Notes under the pieces: model-generated
The model's database searches: none
What the model was told of the DNA's origin: nothing
The model's input: only the letters and a program-made list of their open reading frames with translations
Part shown: one piece after another, positions 25,137 through 38,082 of the stretch
Layout: each line of letters opens with the position of its first letter
Numbering within the stretch: the stretch's first letter is position 1
NCBI GenBank assembly: GCA_000934665.2
Contig: KZ537964.1
Location: forward strand, 1 to 64,000
From: Catajapyx aquilonaris
Lineage: Eukaryota
Length of the DNA stretch: 64,000 nt
Reading direction: 5' to 3'
Made by a program: the position numbers and the translations under genes

Positions 25137-25375
25137 AATTGGGAGGAAAAATTAATTTTGATACGATATTGTTGATAACAATTTTCCCCCATTTTTACTT
25201 AAATTAAAAAATTATTATCAATTACTTAATTACAGTTTACACCAAAGCTAGGAAACAATTTACGGCCGGAAATGATTGAATTCCGGAAAATTGAGAACTT
25301 TTTTCCATTAGAATTGGGAGGAAAAATTAATTTTAATATGGTTTTGTTGATAACCAATTTTCCCATTTTTACTTC
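25137..25375. repeat. Diverged direct duplication, about 175 bp offset
   Basis: AATTGGGAGGAAAAATTAATTTT...TTGTTGATAAC...CCCATTTTTACTT at about 25137 and 25312. Confidence 0.75.
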
Positions 25376-25440
25376 AAAAATACCAACGGTAATAATATAA
25401 TTAACTCTACACAAAATATTTTATTCATTTTATTGTATTC

Positions 25441-25650
25441 ATTACTTATTTTAATTCATTTCATGATTCATTACTTATTTTAATTCATTTCATGATTCAT
25501 TACTTATTTTAATTCATTTCATGATTCGTTACTTATTTTAATTCATTTCATGATTCATTGCTTATTTTAATTCATTTCATGATTCAGCATTGCTTATTTT
25601 AATTCATTTCATGATTCATTGCTTATTTTAATTCATTTCATGATTCATTC
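25441..25650. repeat. 29-bp minisatellite, 7 copies
   Basis: Unit ATTACTTATTTTAATTCATTTCATGATTC, nearly perfect, with one AGC insertion. Confidence 0.95.
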
Positions 25651-27850
25651 TTAGTTGACAACTTGACATTTTCTGCCAACTATTACTGGTCATGGTGAAC
25701 TTCCTGGAGAGAAGCCATATTTCTCATGACCAAGGTAGCTCTCCGGAGAGAAGCGTTTTCTCACATCAACCCGAAAAACTTTTCCCCCAAAAAAGTAAAT
25801 TTTCCAGAGCCATGGCCCCGTAGGAACAACGACGGATTTATATCCGCCACGCTTCATCCATCACCGTTGTTCACACCGTAATCGCAAAACTAGTTGCATT
25901 ACACCGCAGCCGCCATGAATAAATGGTCTTTAGCCACGGAGGATTCATGGCGTCAAGAAATCTGTTTTGTTTCACGCCGACATAGGAGAGACGCATAGAC
26001 ACAAAAAAAATATGGCTTTCTTTTGTTATCCGTAAAACACCGCGGGACAGCTCTCGAACCCAATTCGACTCGGTTTCTTGATCTCGCCCACTTTGGACAA
26101 AAGACTCGGAGGACACATTTCTGTCACACACTGAAGGGCGTATAAACTTAGGGCGAATTGACTGCGGTTTTAGCCATCCTTGAAGGGGATCTCATGTAAT
26201 AATGTAATTATGATTCTAATCGGGGTGTATTCACATGCCTGTCGCTATGACTCGATCAAACTAGCTAGAAACGACCCAAAAAAATTGACAACATAATAAG
26301 ACAAAACTTCACATGCTAGTTAGTGTGTGTACGTCATTCTCATGTCTGTCAGCACGCATAACACACAATGCAATGCTGAAAAATTCGGGACGTTTTTAAA
26401 ATGCAAGGTGGCAGGCACGTGAAACGTAATTAATACTTCTAACAGGCAGTTAATAAAATAAAAAAAAATTAAAAAAACTTTCTCTTCCCTATTCCCACCC
26501 ACTTTGAAATATCCATGGGCGCCATATTTTTTGTATGTTTTTCCAAGGTCTGACTTAACACGCTAACTTCACATTTTGTATAGAATAAAAAGGTAGATGA
26601 TTGATGCATTTTTTTTTAGTTTTTTAAAAAATTTACAGTTGCTTGCCAACCCACTGCCACCGGCTGTCATCTGCGCACGCATTTGAATTATTGACACCTA
26701 CTGTTGGCACCAATGATGCCAAGCATCTCCGCCATTTTGCCGCCGCATCGACTCCAAAAAACGCATTTTGGCTCCCAATTTAACAGCCGATTAGGATCCA
26801 CCCCTGCATGTAGATCACATATGCCTTACCGCGCCTCATACAAGGGTTTGGCAGCCCCCAAAAAACATCGGGGACTTCAGGACAACCTGCGGGTGACAGC
26901 TTGGGCCACACGTTTCCAACACAGGCCTTTATTTACGCCCAGCCCTCCGGATGAATAATTTACGCAGCCCGAGGTAGGGCGCATAAAATTCAAGTAGTTA
27001 TTACGGTGTTGCATGTCATGTCGTTGTTTAGTACCAGCCAGAGGTCCAGTTGGGTTCCGGAAAAAGGGCGTCCTAACTCCACCCCTTTGGCACGCCATTT
27101 TGACTACCCAAGGTACTGATGCCTTCATAATTTTTTTACACATGGACTTGAGAAGAGATGGAACGCCCACTATCACACATAGATGGCGCGGACAAACAGC
27201 GGTTGGAAATAACACAATTTTGTAGCCGGGGAAAAAAATGGGTGTGATAAAAATAACTGGAAAGAAAGGGGCGTTGAAGCAGAGTCGTCCCTGGAAAGCC
27301 CCCTCGACTGGGGCTGATGGACGTGAACCGCTCTCTGGAGACCCAATGTCAATTACTGCTTTCGACAGGTCAATATGGACGCAGAAGTCACCGCACAAGT
27401 GGCCAGCACTTGCCGCCTTTCTGATTTATAACAGGCAGTAGGGTGGGGAGAGGAGGAGGAAACCCATGGGGGAAAAAGAGCTCGCCAGTTGTTATATCCG
27501 GGGAGAAAAATGGGATGCTGCCAGGCTTATGTTCCCATCTACAATGGTCTTTACTGGGAGGGAAGTCTGCCTTCATTTTAGGTTTGGGTTAACTGACTGT
27601 AGAGGGGTCGTCCATGGACAGTTGCAAATAGCATTAAATATCAATAAGCCGCCATGTCGTGCCGCAGACCTTCCCAAAGTCGTTACAACGGCAGTCGATG
27701 TCTTAATAATTAAATAAACAATTGAAATGTATAAAATAAGAGGATTAAACATGGCTTCTTATTCCTTATTAATATTATATGAGGGTTGGAAATAAGGAGG
27801 TTTTCATACTAGCCGCTATACGTTGAGTTTTCATAGCCGTTACTTTGAAG

Positions 27851-28219
27851 CAGCTCCCGGACACTTCCCCTACAATCTTATCTTATCGCCTGCCGGGGCG
27901 TTTTGCATGAGGTGCTCACCTGAGAGCGCCATAAGACCTTTCACGGCGTATTATGTGGCGACCCTACCGTACTACGCTGAACTTTATTAAGTACAAAAGG
28001 GAAGCGCTACATTGGGGGACTCAATATGGTCGCCGGCGGCCATGTTGGGCCCGCATGTAGCGACTTCTTTTCTACCTTAGTTCAGCGTAGTCCGGTAGGG
28101 TCGCCACATAATAGTGCAATGAAAAGCTGTCTCATAGCGCTCTCAAGTGAGCACCTCATGCAAAACGCCCCGGCAGGCGATAAGAGGGAGTGTCCAGACC
28201 TTAGTATTCTAAGACCATG
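27851..28219. mobile_element. Foldback MITE with 8-bp TSD (hAT-like)
   Basis: About 120-bp inverted arms (TCTTATCGCCTGCCGGGGCGTTTTGCATGAGGTGCTCAC...CTACGCTGAACT at 27859-27983 versus 28079-28195). CTTTGAAG is duplicated at 27843-27850 and 28220-28227. An empty-site copy is present at 28661-28696. Confidence 0.85.
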
Positions 28220-28269
28220 CTTTGAAGGTATCAGTATCCGCCATCTTCTTATGAATATTGAGGGTTGGA

Positions 28270-28528
28270 CCGAAGCAGGTTGGTGTAGGGGGTTAAGGAG
28301 TCCGACTGCTAATCGGGAGGTCCCGGGTTCGAATCCCGGGGCCGGCAACCCTGACCGTGGTTTTCTGTGATTTCCCACGGTCCTCCCAGGATAATTCTGG
28401 GGTTGTTTCCGTATAATAGGCCACAGCCGCTTCCTTCTTTCCCTATCCTTGCCCCCATCCAATGGTGGTATTCCACCCCCCTAATGGAGCGCCGATTCTT
28501 CCAACGGGGTATTTTAAAAAAATAAAAC
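28270..28528 (+). mobile_element. tRNA-derived SINE, full length
   Basis: A box TGGTGTAGGGGG, B box GGTTCGAATCC, tRNA-like head 28275-28347. Body CCTGACCGTGGTTTTCTGTGATTTCC...AGGCCACAGCCGCTTCCTT resembles arthropod tRNA-SINE bodies (from recall). A-rich tail and a perfect 16-bp TSD AATATTGAGGGTTGGA (28254-28269 and 28529-28544). Confidence 0.93.
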
Positions 28529-29395
28529 AATATTGAGGGTTGGAAATAAGGAGGTTTTCAGACTAGCAGCTACGTTGAGTTTTCATAACCGTTACTTTGA
28601 GTAGGCCCTATTTCATAGCCGTTTGAGTATTTCTTGGCGTTACTTCAGTTGAGTATTTCATAGCCGTTACTTTGAAGGGATCAGTATCCGCCATCTGCAA
28701 ATTGACCCACACTGCAATGGGTGGGCCAAAAAGGGCCCGTCTTTTCCTCTCGGCTTGGAAGAGGCTGTAAATCCCGAAGAAGTAAGGAGAACTCTCTGGG
28801 TCTCCTCCATTACCCAGCTTTCTGGGAAATTTACGTCACTTAAGGCCAAGGAGCGGTGAGTGCCAGGAAAGGGTCAGCAGTGTGCGTGGGCCCCCGTTAC
28901 CCCCTGCCTCTCTCTTTCTCCATTTTATAGATGTGCACCTTCCTAGTGAATCAGAGCCAAAATTTTCTTTTTCTTTTTTCTTTTTCAAACCCAGAGGAAA
29001 ACCCCCTTCCCTTACCAAGAGAGGAGCCCGTAACTTCTGGATTTTCGCGGCGGGGCCCGAAAGGAAGTGTCGCCCGTTCGGAATGTATGGCGTTTATGTA
29101 ATGGGGATGGTGAGAAGTGGGAGGGGAGCTCCGATGCAGAGTCCGTCAAGCTTGCCAAACGGTTGTCGACGTCGTAAATAACCCTGAGGGGGTAGGTCTG
29201 CTTGTTACCAAAAGGGAGGAAAAGCCAACTACATATCAAAGCGTCTGGCAACCGTGCCTCATTTCTGTTAACGGTTGTAATCTGGATGTATGGCTAGTCT
29301 TGGAAGGTGAAGCGACCGCCAGTTGTCGCCACTGTCACTCATTTGGATGCCAGCCAAGGGCATGACCATTGACATTTTACTTTCAATTCTGTATA

Positions 29396-29598
29396 CAGGG
29401 TGTCTAAACTTTTTTGTCTGAACAGTTATAGGAAAAGCCTATGTATCTTCTAGCTGTGTAGCCAGAATATGCCATGGCACATCCCTCAACTGATAAAGCC
29501 AGGGAAGCATCACTGGTTGCAAGTCACTGCTAAAAAATAAGCAGCTTAGTGCAATATTTCCGATAATTGTTCGGACAAAGAAGTTGAGACACCCCGTG
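29396..29598. mobile_element. Tc1/mariner-type MITE (about 200 bp)
   Basis: TA|CAGGGTGTCTAAACTTTTTTGTCTGAACAGTTAT ... ATAATTGTTCGGACAAAGAAGTTGAGACACCCCGTG|TA imperfect TIRs. Confidence 0.75.
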
Positions 29599-30079
29599 TA
29601 GTTGACTCCGGATATAACAGAATTCAAGGAAAATATGTTGTAGCCAAATCGCCCATTCTGCAACGAATACACATGCTTTCTGATTTCCATATGCTTATAA
29701 TACACACTACTGAATTTATTTACGAAATTATCTACAAAAATGCAAAATTAGCTCACCCGTAAATTAGGCAGTCCCACAAATATACGTAGTTTTCTTCTTC
29801 CGTCTACTTTTGGCCAAATATACCAGAAAATGTATAATTTTGAGTAACTTCGATCAGTGACAGATGCAAAAATCACCCCCCTCAGTATTCCCTGCCTTCC
29901 TGCGAGTGGGAAAGGAAGTTGAATAATCAGAAACAGCATATTTTCCCTTCAATGGGCCAAAAAAATTGCCTCTTATAGCCGAGATGAGGTGCAATATTAG
30001 TCTAGTTATATCAGGAATAAAAATACACAGGGCCTTTCGAGTCAGTTATAACCGATGCTGTTATATTCGGAGTCAACTG
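29599..30079. mobile_element. pogo/Tigger-like MITE (about 480 bp)
   Basis: AGTTGACTCCGGATATAACAG (29600-29620) and CTGTTATATTCGGAGTCAACTG|TA (30058-30081): 21-bp TIR with one mismatch. Confidence 0.8.
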
Positions 30080-33000
30080 TATCTGATTAATTAAACCATA
30101 TAATCGGAAAACGGGTTATGTGACAGCGACGAGTAGCTCTGCGCCAAGTGTAACGTTTCAATTTTCTTATAAATATCACCCATATAAATTAATTAACTAA
30201 TGATTTCTCAGGCATTTCCAACTGATAGTACTAGGCATATGAAGAAACAGTTAGCACAATAGCATCCTGGCTAGTTCCCAACAGAGGTAGAAATCCAGGC
30301 TGGCATGGGAAGGAAGCGAGAGGCGTCCCTCTCCTCACGAATTGGATTAAAGTCTCAACGCTGATATCTGGAGGATCAACTGCTATCGACGCTGATTCAA
30401 TTAACAAGTGGTCTGCTGTCTATTGGGGGAGGGGGGGGGGGGGTAGTTCCCCTCCTCCCAGGCCTGCCAACCGCCTCCCACTGCATCCTAGACAGATGTG
30501 TGCGGTTGGAAACAAGGCCTAGGGCGCCGGCTAAATGCCCCGCGCGCCCTCTAAGCCTCCCTGTTTTATGCCAAGATCCCCACTTGTTTATGGTAATGCT
30601 GCAAGACAACTGGCCAGATTACCCAGGATTCTGTTTTCACGCGCCAGATTAAATAAGGGGTATTACAAAACGCGCCGGGGCTTCCCCTTCCAGATCCTAG
30701 TGTTTTTTTGGGTTTTTTTTTTTAAGTTTCTTTTTTGACTGGTTGAGATGGCCTGTCGAATCAAGATCACTGGGAATTTCCCCAGGGTTTGATGGTATCG
30801 ACAGCAGTGCCTGCCACTGGGTTGAGTGATGGGGGATGTTGCTCTTTTTATGATGTGAAGTAATCCTGGCATTAAGCTGTCTGTGTACATGACGTCTTCT
30901 CAACCTCTCATTTTTTTTACAAGAGTGACTATTCAATATTCAACATGCTAATGGCAGCAGACCAGTATCGATAGAAATTATTTTTAGCATTTAAATTTAT
31001 TGTTATTATTATTCGTACTATGGGGCACCAATTCTTTATCCTGGTATTGAAGCAACCCTTCACACACACACTTCTTCACCGTAGGGCCTGTGCGAAGGGT
31101 TGCTTCAAGATCAGGATAAAGTGGCCAGAATTTGAACCCCTCATACATAGCCTCAATCTGATCGCTGTATACACTACCCAAGTACCTTTCTCAACACAAA
31201 TGGCCCGGACGTGACGTATGGGAGACACTCAAAATCGGGCCATTTCTGGCCAATATACTCCGGTAATTTTGAATTGAATAGTCCAATAAGAGAGAGGTCT
31301 GGATTTCCGGAATGCCAACACCTAAGTCCACTGGACCCCCACCAGAGGTCGAAAAACTAGTCCTTATCTTTCCAAATCTAATTAACCCGGCCGAACATTA
31401 TATGAGGACATATAACCGGAGCTAGAACTCCCATCAGAGCCCCAGGTTATGCCATGCGTCATATACGACACCAGTAGTAAAATCCCTCTATTGCATGTAG
31501 TAATGCACGCAGTAAAACCTGCATAACAGGCAACTTCTGAATAGAATTCTTACGGCCCGCTGCAGTTTTATGACTTAGCAGCGTTTTATTACCATACACA
31601 AAACGTGGTTGCGGAAACAACCTCCCCCTTTCCAACATCAACATGTGTTAATTTTTGTAACGCTCGACCATTGTTGGCCGTCCAATTTGGAACATACCTC
31701 CCTCGAGAGGGGTAGGCAATGGGGGTAAAACTTTTGCTCTCTTGACCATAGAAAAAAAATGGCCAAGATTCGCCATCAAGACACACACAGTTGGCTCGTG
31801 ATTGTTCCGCCCAGATGCTTCCCTTTTTGCCCATCTAAAGCTTGTTTCCGACTCTTTGTAGCTTTTCCCTGCCTGTCCTCTCTAACCACCAAAAGAGGGC
31901 CCGAAGCCACACAAAAAAATCAGCAGTCCCATCTTTGTCCCTGTCGGGTTTACCTAACCGGAATAATCGGTTAGTTTCGCCGCCTTTCCATGCTGTTAGC
32001 GAGAAAAATTCACACGCAGTCGACCAGATGGCGTGTGGAAGGTACGGCCATCTACCGGCCGTTTTCAAGCGAAGAGACATCTAGCGACCGTTTGGCAACT
32101 CTGGCTGTCATGGCCTCTGAGGAGCTTCGTCTGTTGCAGGCTGGATGGGCATCGACAGCTCGGCTTGCCAAGTGTCGGCTGCCTGTCGCCGACTTTGACG
32201 CCGCCGCCTTTGATTTTGCAGCCTGCTCCTTCCCCCTCCCAAATTGACGCCCAAGACGCCCGCCCGAGGCAGACGGACAGCAGGCCTAATTAAATTCGTC
32301 CCCGCGACAACCCCCCGCCATTTGCTCCCGTCGGCCGTCATGTCACTTTTCCAGCCAAGGTTCTAACCCTATATGCTAAGACGGCCTGAAAGGAAAAGAG
32401 CCAGCCGGAGGGGGTGGGTTCTTAAGACGCTTTTTCGAGGTCTACTATACGTGACACGTCGGGACTGCGGTACTGCCGCAAAAGTGACGTCACACACCGG
32501 TGAAATATTTGCACATGCAGGGGGTTCAGGATTCTATTCAGAGGACCACTCACGAGCTGACCTACCTGAAACAGGTTCTAAGCTAAATATTTGTATTAAT
32601 GCATTTGAATTTAAATTTTTATAGTATGTCATTTATTTCACGGTTTATACATTTTATTGTGTTCTAAATATGCGTGCAAGGTTTAATTTTAATCGTAGTA
32701 CAGTATTTATGAATCAGGTCATATACATACAGATGTTTCAACAAATAAATAATTCATATAACTTACAAATGCCTTTTGAAATAAAATTTAAACGCAATGA
32801 TCACATACGCGTATATAAATAAAATGTAAGTAAATATTAACAATATTACATATTTTATTGACATACAATATTGACAATACAATTCTTGTAATTATTACAA
32901 GAATTAGCAACTAAATGAGTCACACACAAATCGTTCAATAACAAAATAATTCAAAGCGATAATTATTAATATTAATAATAAATTCATATGGGCAGTTAAC

Positions 33001-35343
33001 GCAAGAAATGTCGGAATGTATATCACAAATTAAATAAGACGTAAATTAAACATAAAATATCAATACATTGTAATTCAAGAATAGACCAATAATATTTTCT
33101 TAATTTCATGAGTTCAACAACATAGACTCATAGAAGAGGCCATAATGACTCCCTAAATAACCCTGGTCGGCACGTGCCCCCAACCGTAAGCAGGTATGTG
33201 CCAATAAATCATTGTTTCAGAACCACACACGGTGCTGATTTTCTAACACTGTTTTCATGACTTATGACAAGGCTCACGTACACCCTGCCTCCACCACAAA
33301 AACCAGAAGAAGAGAACAGCCATAATTCCTCTTCTCTTCCCCCCCCCCCCNNNNNCCCCCCCCCCCATCCCTCCTCCTTCCTTCTGAAAAGTCTTGAGGG
33401 AAAGCAAGATAGAATAGGCTTTAGGATGGTGGGGAGGAGGAGGAGGACGAGGGGAGGAGCTCCCGCTGGAATTTTCTGTTATTGTGTGCCTGGCTAGAAC
33501 ACGTTTATCCGGGGCCCCGTGCCGGACGAAAAATCCAATTTAAGAAGCCCCCAGTTCCCAATGACAGGTGTCACTGGGACACCAACCCCGAGGAAAAGCT
33601 CCTCCAAAATAAAGATTTGTCAGGGGTAATTAGAGGGGGGTTCGAATAAGACTCCTTCATCCAACCATCTGACAGGTGGCAATGTCACAAGAACTCCCTA
33701 TCAAAACAGGACCCCCCGCCTCTCCCTACCAGAATATTTTCTCAGAATTTTCAGCAAATTTTCTGAAAACATAATTAGTGGAATTGGCCAGGTTCTGTCA
33801 GGTAACCATATTGTCATAGGTCACTCAGCGTCTCAGCCAGGAACCAGGCCGTCCCACGACTCTACTACAGATGCCACTGCCCTCTAGTGAGGTTACAGCT
33901 CCATCTGGTTGGCTCAACTCGAACTTGACGTTTCTAGCAGTACCGCCTGTAAATTACGCGACAGTATTATTAGCCATGTTTCACTTGAAGTGCTATAATT
34001 TTTTTTTGCTTTCATGGAAAATGCTCCTTTTCCATGGCAGCCTTATAAGCAGAAAGACTTGATAAGTGCAAATGAAGCGTACAAGACGGGGGTTGACGAG
34101 CGGCAAAGGAGAAGTGACGACGATATGATGTGAGCGGTCGTGTCAGCCCGGTTTTAATAAAGGGGATTACAAAGCTGCCATATTTTTTTCCTCCTGCAGT
34201 TCCCCACATTTCCTGAAGTTGGAAGGAGCTATATCTATGTCTACAAATGGGTTGAAAATTTTCGTACCAATCATGACAAATTATGGTGCTTTTTTTTAAT
34301 TTAGGAAGGTACAGGGTGCGACCGTCTGCTTATTCTAGCAATCTTAGTACAAGGGTTGGTAGAAAAGCCCTCTAATTAAGAAAGCGGATCACAGCTGTCA
34401 GGCTCGACAAACAATTCTCTCTATAAATCTTTCTTAAGGCTTCCTTCGCCTTCCTAAACTATTTTCATAAATCTGCAGTTCGAGGCTGCTACCACCGGTG
34501 ATCGAAGTCTTCAAACCAGTTTTATTCCGATGATTTACGCTGTGGTCGAATGTGTGCAATTTTGGGGTCGATATTAGTAGTTGTAACTCACCCAAGAAAA
34601 TAGCAGTTTAGTGCTATTGAATCACCCTGTGTTTACATCAACATATGGCCAAATACAATGTGCAATGTGTTGCATTTGATTTTTGATTGGCACGCTTATA
34701 CCAGGTTTTACAAATGGATTTTGACCGCAATTAAAAACCGTCGGCAGCCACTGGCCAAACGACTAAATACCGTTGACAGTAATAATATAGATATCCTTCA
34801 GTCATTTTTGATAGCCCCCCCACCATTGAAGTACTGTCAACATTTTGCCCGCAATGACTTTTTGATTGACGTGCTGAAGGTCTCTAATTTGTTTATAACT
34901 TCCCGTGTGTTCAGACGAGGTCTGGCTTCCCNTTCCCCCCCCCCCCCCCCCAGCAACGGCAGTTTGTACGCTAATGTGAAAAGCTATATAACTACGAGTT
35001 GACATTGGTGGGACTTGCCAGACGCAACTGTTGCTGACAGTTACTGTTGCATTACTGTAAGACCCTCTTTCAATTTATATGCCCAGCTTACAGCTTTATT
35101 GCGCCATGTTCAAGTTGACGCTGGTTTTACAGGCCCATTTTTTGGGAAGCTGGTTAAAACCAGTAGCTAGCTATTTTAAGCAGCTACTTTATTGCATAGC
35201 CAATTTTAAGCAGCTACGTTGGCACAGTATTTTTAGTGCCGGCTATTATTAGGTTGTATGGATCCATCATTACATAAAATGTTATTGTCAATAAATAGAT
35301 AAATTAAATAAATAAATATAATTACGGCCGATGTTGATCGGTT

Positions 35344-35589
35344 CTCTGTAAAAAAATTCGAGTGAAAATTTCTTTAAAAAAATAAATGCCCATTTCGAGT
35401 GAATTTCCCTGAGCAAAGATTTGCTTCAACTCATATCGAGTGGAATATTACTCGAAAGAAGAGTGAAGTGCGTGAAATGACTCAAGAGATGGAGTCATTT
35501 GCACTCAAAACGAGTAATACTCAAATCAAGGGAAAGAAAGCGTGAACATCACTCAAATCGAGTGGAAAAATACTAGTTTTTAAAGAGTG
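35344..35589. mobile_element. Possible decayed MITE with GAGTG/ACTC internal repeats
   Basis: CTCTGTAAAAAA ... TTTTTAAAGAGTG ends, with many TCGAGTG and ACTCAA words. No TSD found. Confidence 0.35.
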
Positions 35590-38046
35590 TTGGTGGAGTT
35601 CCTTAGTCACTCGCCAGTTGGCACAATCGTAGCATGACCGCCATCTTGTTTGCTTATTACATACGTATTTCCTCCGATTTTAAAAAATTCGGCCGTTTTA
35701 TTATTCCGAGTTGACATTTAAAACCAGCAGTTTGCCTTATAATTTCTACCCTAATTGCCGGAAAGGAAGGAAAAAAAACCCCCATGCGAGGAATTGAGAA
35801 CCGCAGATCCGCTCACCACAAACTCTCTAATTAACCTGGTGCCTAGGTGTTAACAAGAGAATTGTCATGACACGTCCCCTCTCGCAATTCATAGCCTGAT
35901 CTTTGTTTTGCTCGGGAAATAATAGCTTCAAAAAGGAGTTGTCCATCTGACTTGCATACCAATCAGGTTGACAGCTTGTCCTCTATTTTTTTCTACTGAC
36001 GTATTGTTTCAGGGAGGAAACACAACCGGATTATCAGTCAATCCACATGATTGGCAGACAACAGGAGGGTTTTTGCCACATGGAAGCATAATAGACAAGT
36101 GTGACTTTTGGCACACTTATTTTGGCCTATTTATGCTCAGGTGACAATAATAATGTAGCTGACAAAATATTCTTTAGGTCCATCCTCAGTAGACTCCCAG
36201 GGTTGGCCATAAGTGACGTCATTGATGTCAAGTGAGGCTGCGGTGCATTGGCCTCATCAATTTGAATTGTTGGGGCGGGGACTTAAGTGAAGGGGGTGGA
36301 AAAGGCGGCACCTTTGAGGGAAAAGAGCGGCAAGAAATTGCGCGGGAGTCCATTTACCACTCGTCTCTAACCAAGGATCATTTCGAGACTACCCGTTAAT
36401 TTCCATGGGTTTTTGTCACTTCACTTGTTGGGTGACAAGATGGCCGCAGGATATGACGTTCTACACTCAAGGCAGGGGTATGCAAAAAAAAAACAATTGT
36501 TGGGAAATACTGTTGCATGCAAGGGAAGAATCCCACCAAACACCCTTCCTTCTTTTTACACATAAAAGGTGGCAATAAAATCATTGCAGGTAAGCCAGGT
36601 AGGCAGACATTTTCATGTTTTTTTCCCAGAAGTCAAAAGACACGCTACGTTGTTGTTCTAAGGCGGCACCTGCCACTTTTGCACCCCCCGGAAGAAGAGG
36701 AAGGGGAAAAAAACCTTGGTTAAAAATTTATTCGTCCTTTCTTTCCTTCCCCACCATACCTTTGACAGCCGGAATAAATGGAACAACTTCGCACTAACAA
36801 GGAGATGGCACAAAAATGCGTCTGATTTACGACGACAATCGACTCTTGTTACCACGAATGCCGTCTGAATTATGCCATCCAATTTACCTATCCCAACATA
36901 AAAAGCGGGACAATACACACGCCAAAAAAACAACAATCAAACAAACAAAAAATAATGAGGACCAACCTGAGCTAATAATTTTTTGTGATATTGAAAAAAT
37001 TGGCTCCAATTTTAGATATACGTTGATATCAATCATAAAATAGATAGAGCGACTAGCGAGGGTAAATATATAAATGAATATAGATAGGGCAATTAGATAA
37101 ATAGATATGTAATTAAATATTTAGGTAAATACAATAATAGGCGAATAGATAATTCTATTATTTTTAGATATGCAATTAAATATTTAGGTAAATAAATTAT
37201 TTGATTAATAGATAAATCTATTATGTATAGATATGTCAGTCAATAAATAGGTAAATAAATTGATGGGGCTGGACTCCTATAACTACGAACAGTTTATTTT
37301 CCAGGAGTCTTGGAAGCAGGATATTCAGTTGAAAACTCGCGTGTGCGTGTGAGGCTATCAAGTAATGAATTCTGATTCTCCCCGTGTTGTAATTGCAGAT
37401 CCGACCATAAATTCGAGTCTGTAACAATCCTAGTTGGCTGACAAGCCCGATTCGCGTGACCCCCACCATCCTACCCGCGGCCTGGATGACTGATTTACAC
37501 ATTTTCATCGCAAACAATGCCACTCCATTCTTTTACCCTCCCCTCACCCGCCCTACCCCCTCTCGACATGCATTGTCTTTCAACTGTCACTGCCTTACGT
37601 GGCGTGCATGCCGGGATAATCAAGACAAGCAATTTATAATTATCAGGGAGAGGCCTTGGAAGCGGTTTATCGTGTGTGGATGGATGTGCTTTGAACTCCC
37701 ACATACACACACACACACACACACTGAGAGAGAGTGGTATGTGCGAGTGTGTTCCAGTTTGATTATTCCGCAGGAAAAAGGCGGTTTCTTTCCACACACG
37801 TGTAATTACACGTTGCTTTGTTGCTCTCCGAGAATTTGAATGTTGGTAATGAAAACGTGTCACGATAGCAAAGCTTCATTTGCATTTTTACACTGCCAGA
37901 CATTTTTTACGTACCAGTACCTCGAATTGTATTTTTTTCTACCAGCTACTACACTGCTGTTTAACCCCCCACTTTTTTCTATTACACGGTACATGTGCAA
38001 CCCCACACGTTGTTTAAACAAAACGCACAGAAAATTGTTATTGCAT

Positions 38047-38082
<36 letters not shown>

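Larger units (their letters stand above)
27770..28698. repeat. Local tandem duplication hosting the MITE and the SINE
   Basis: GAGGGTTGGAAATAAGGAGGTTTTCA...CGTTGAGTTTTCATA.CCGTTACTTTGA at about 27781 and 28535. TTTGAAGG.ATCAGTATCCGCCATCT at about 28221 and 28671. Confidence 0.8.

Noticed and set aside
28275..28347. tRNA-Ser(GCT) gene
   Set aside because: No long variable arm, mismatched acceptor stem, and it is followed by a SINE body, A-rich tail and 16-bp TSD.
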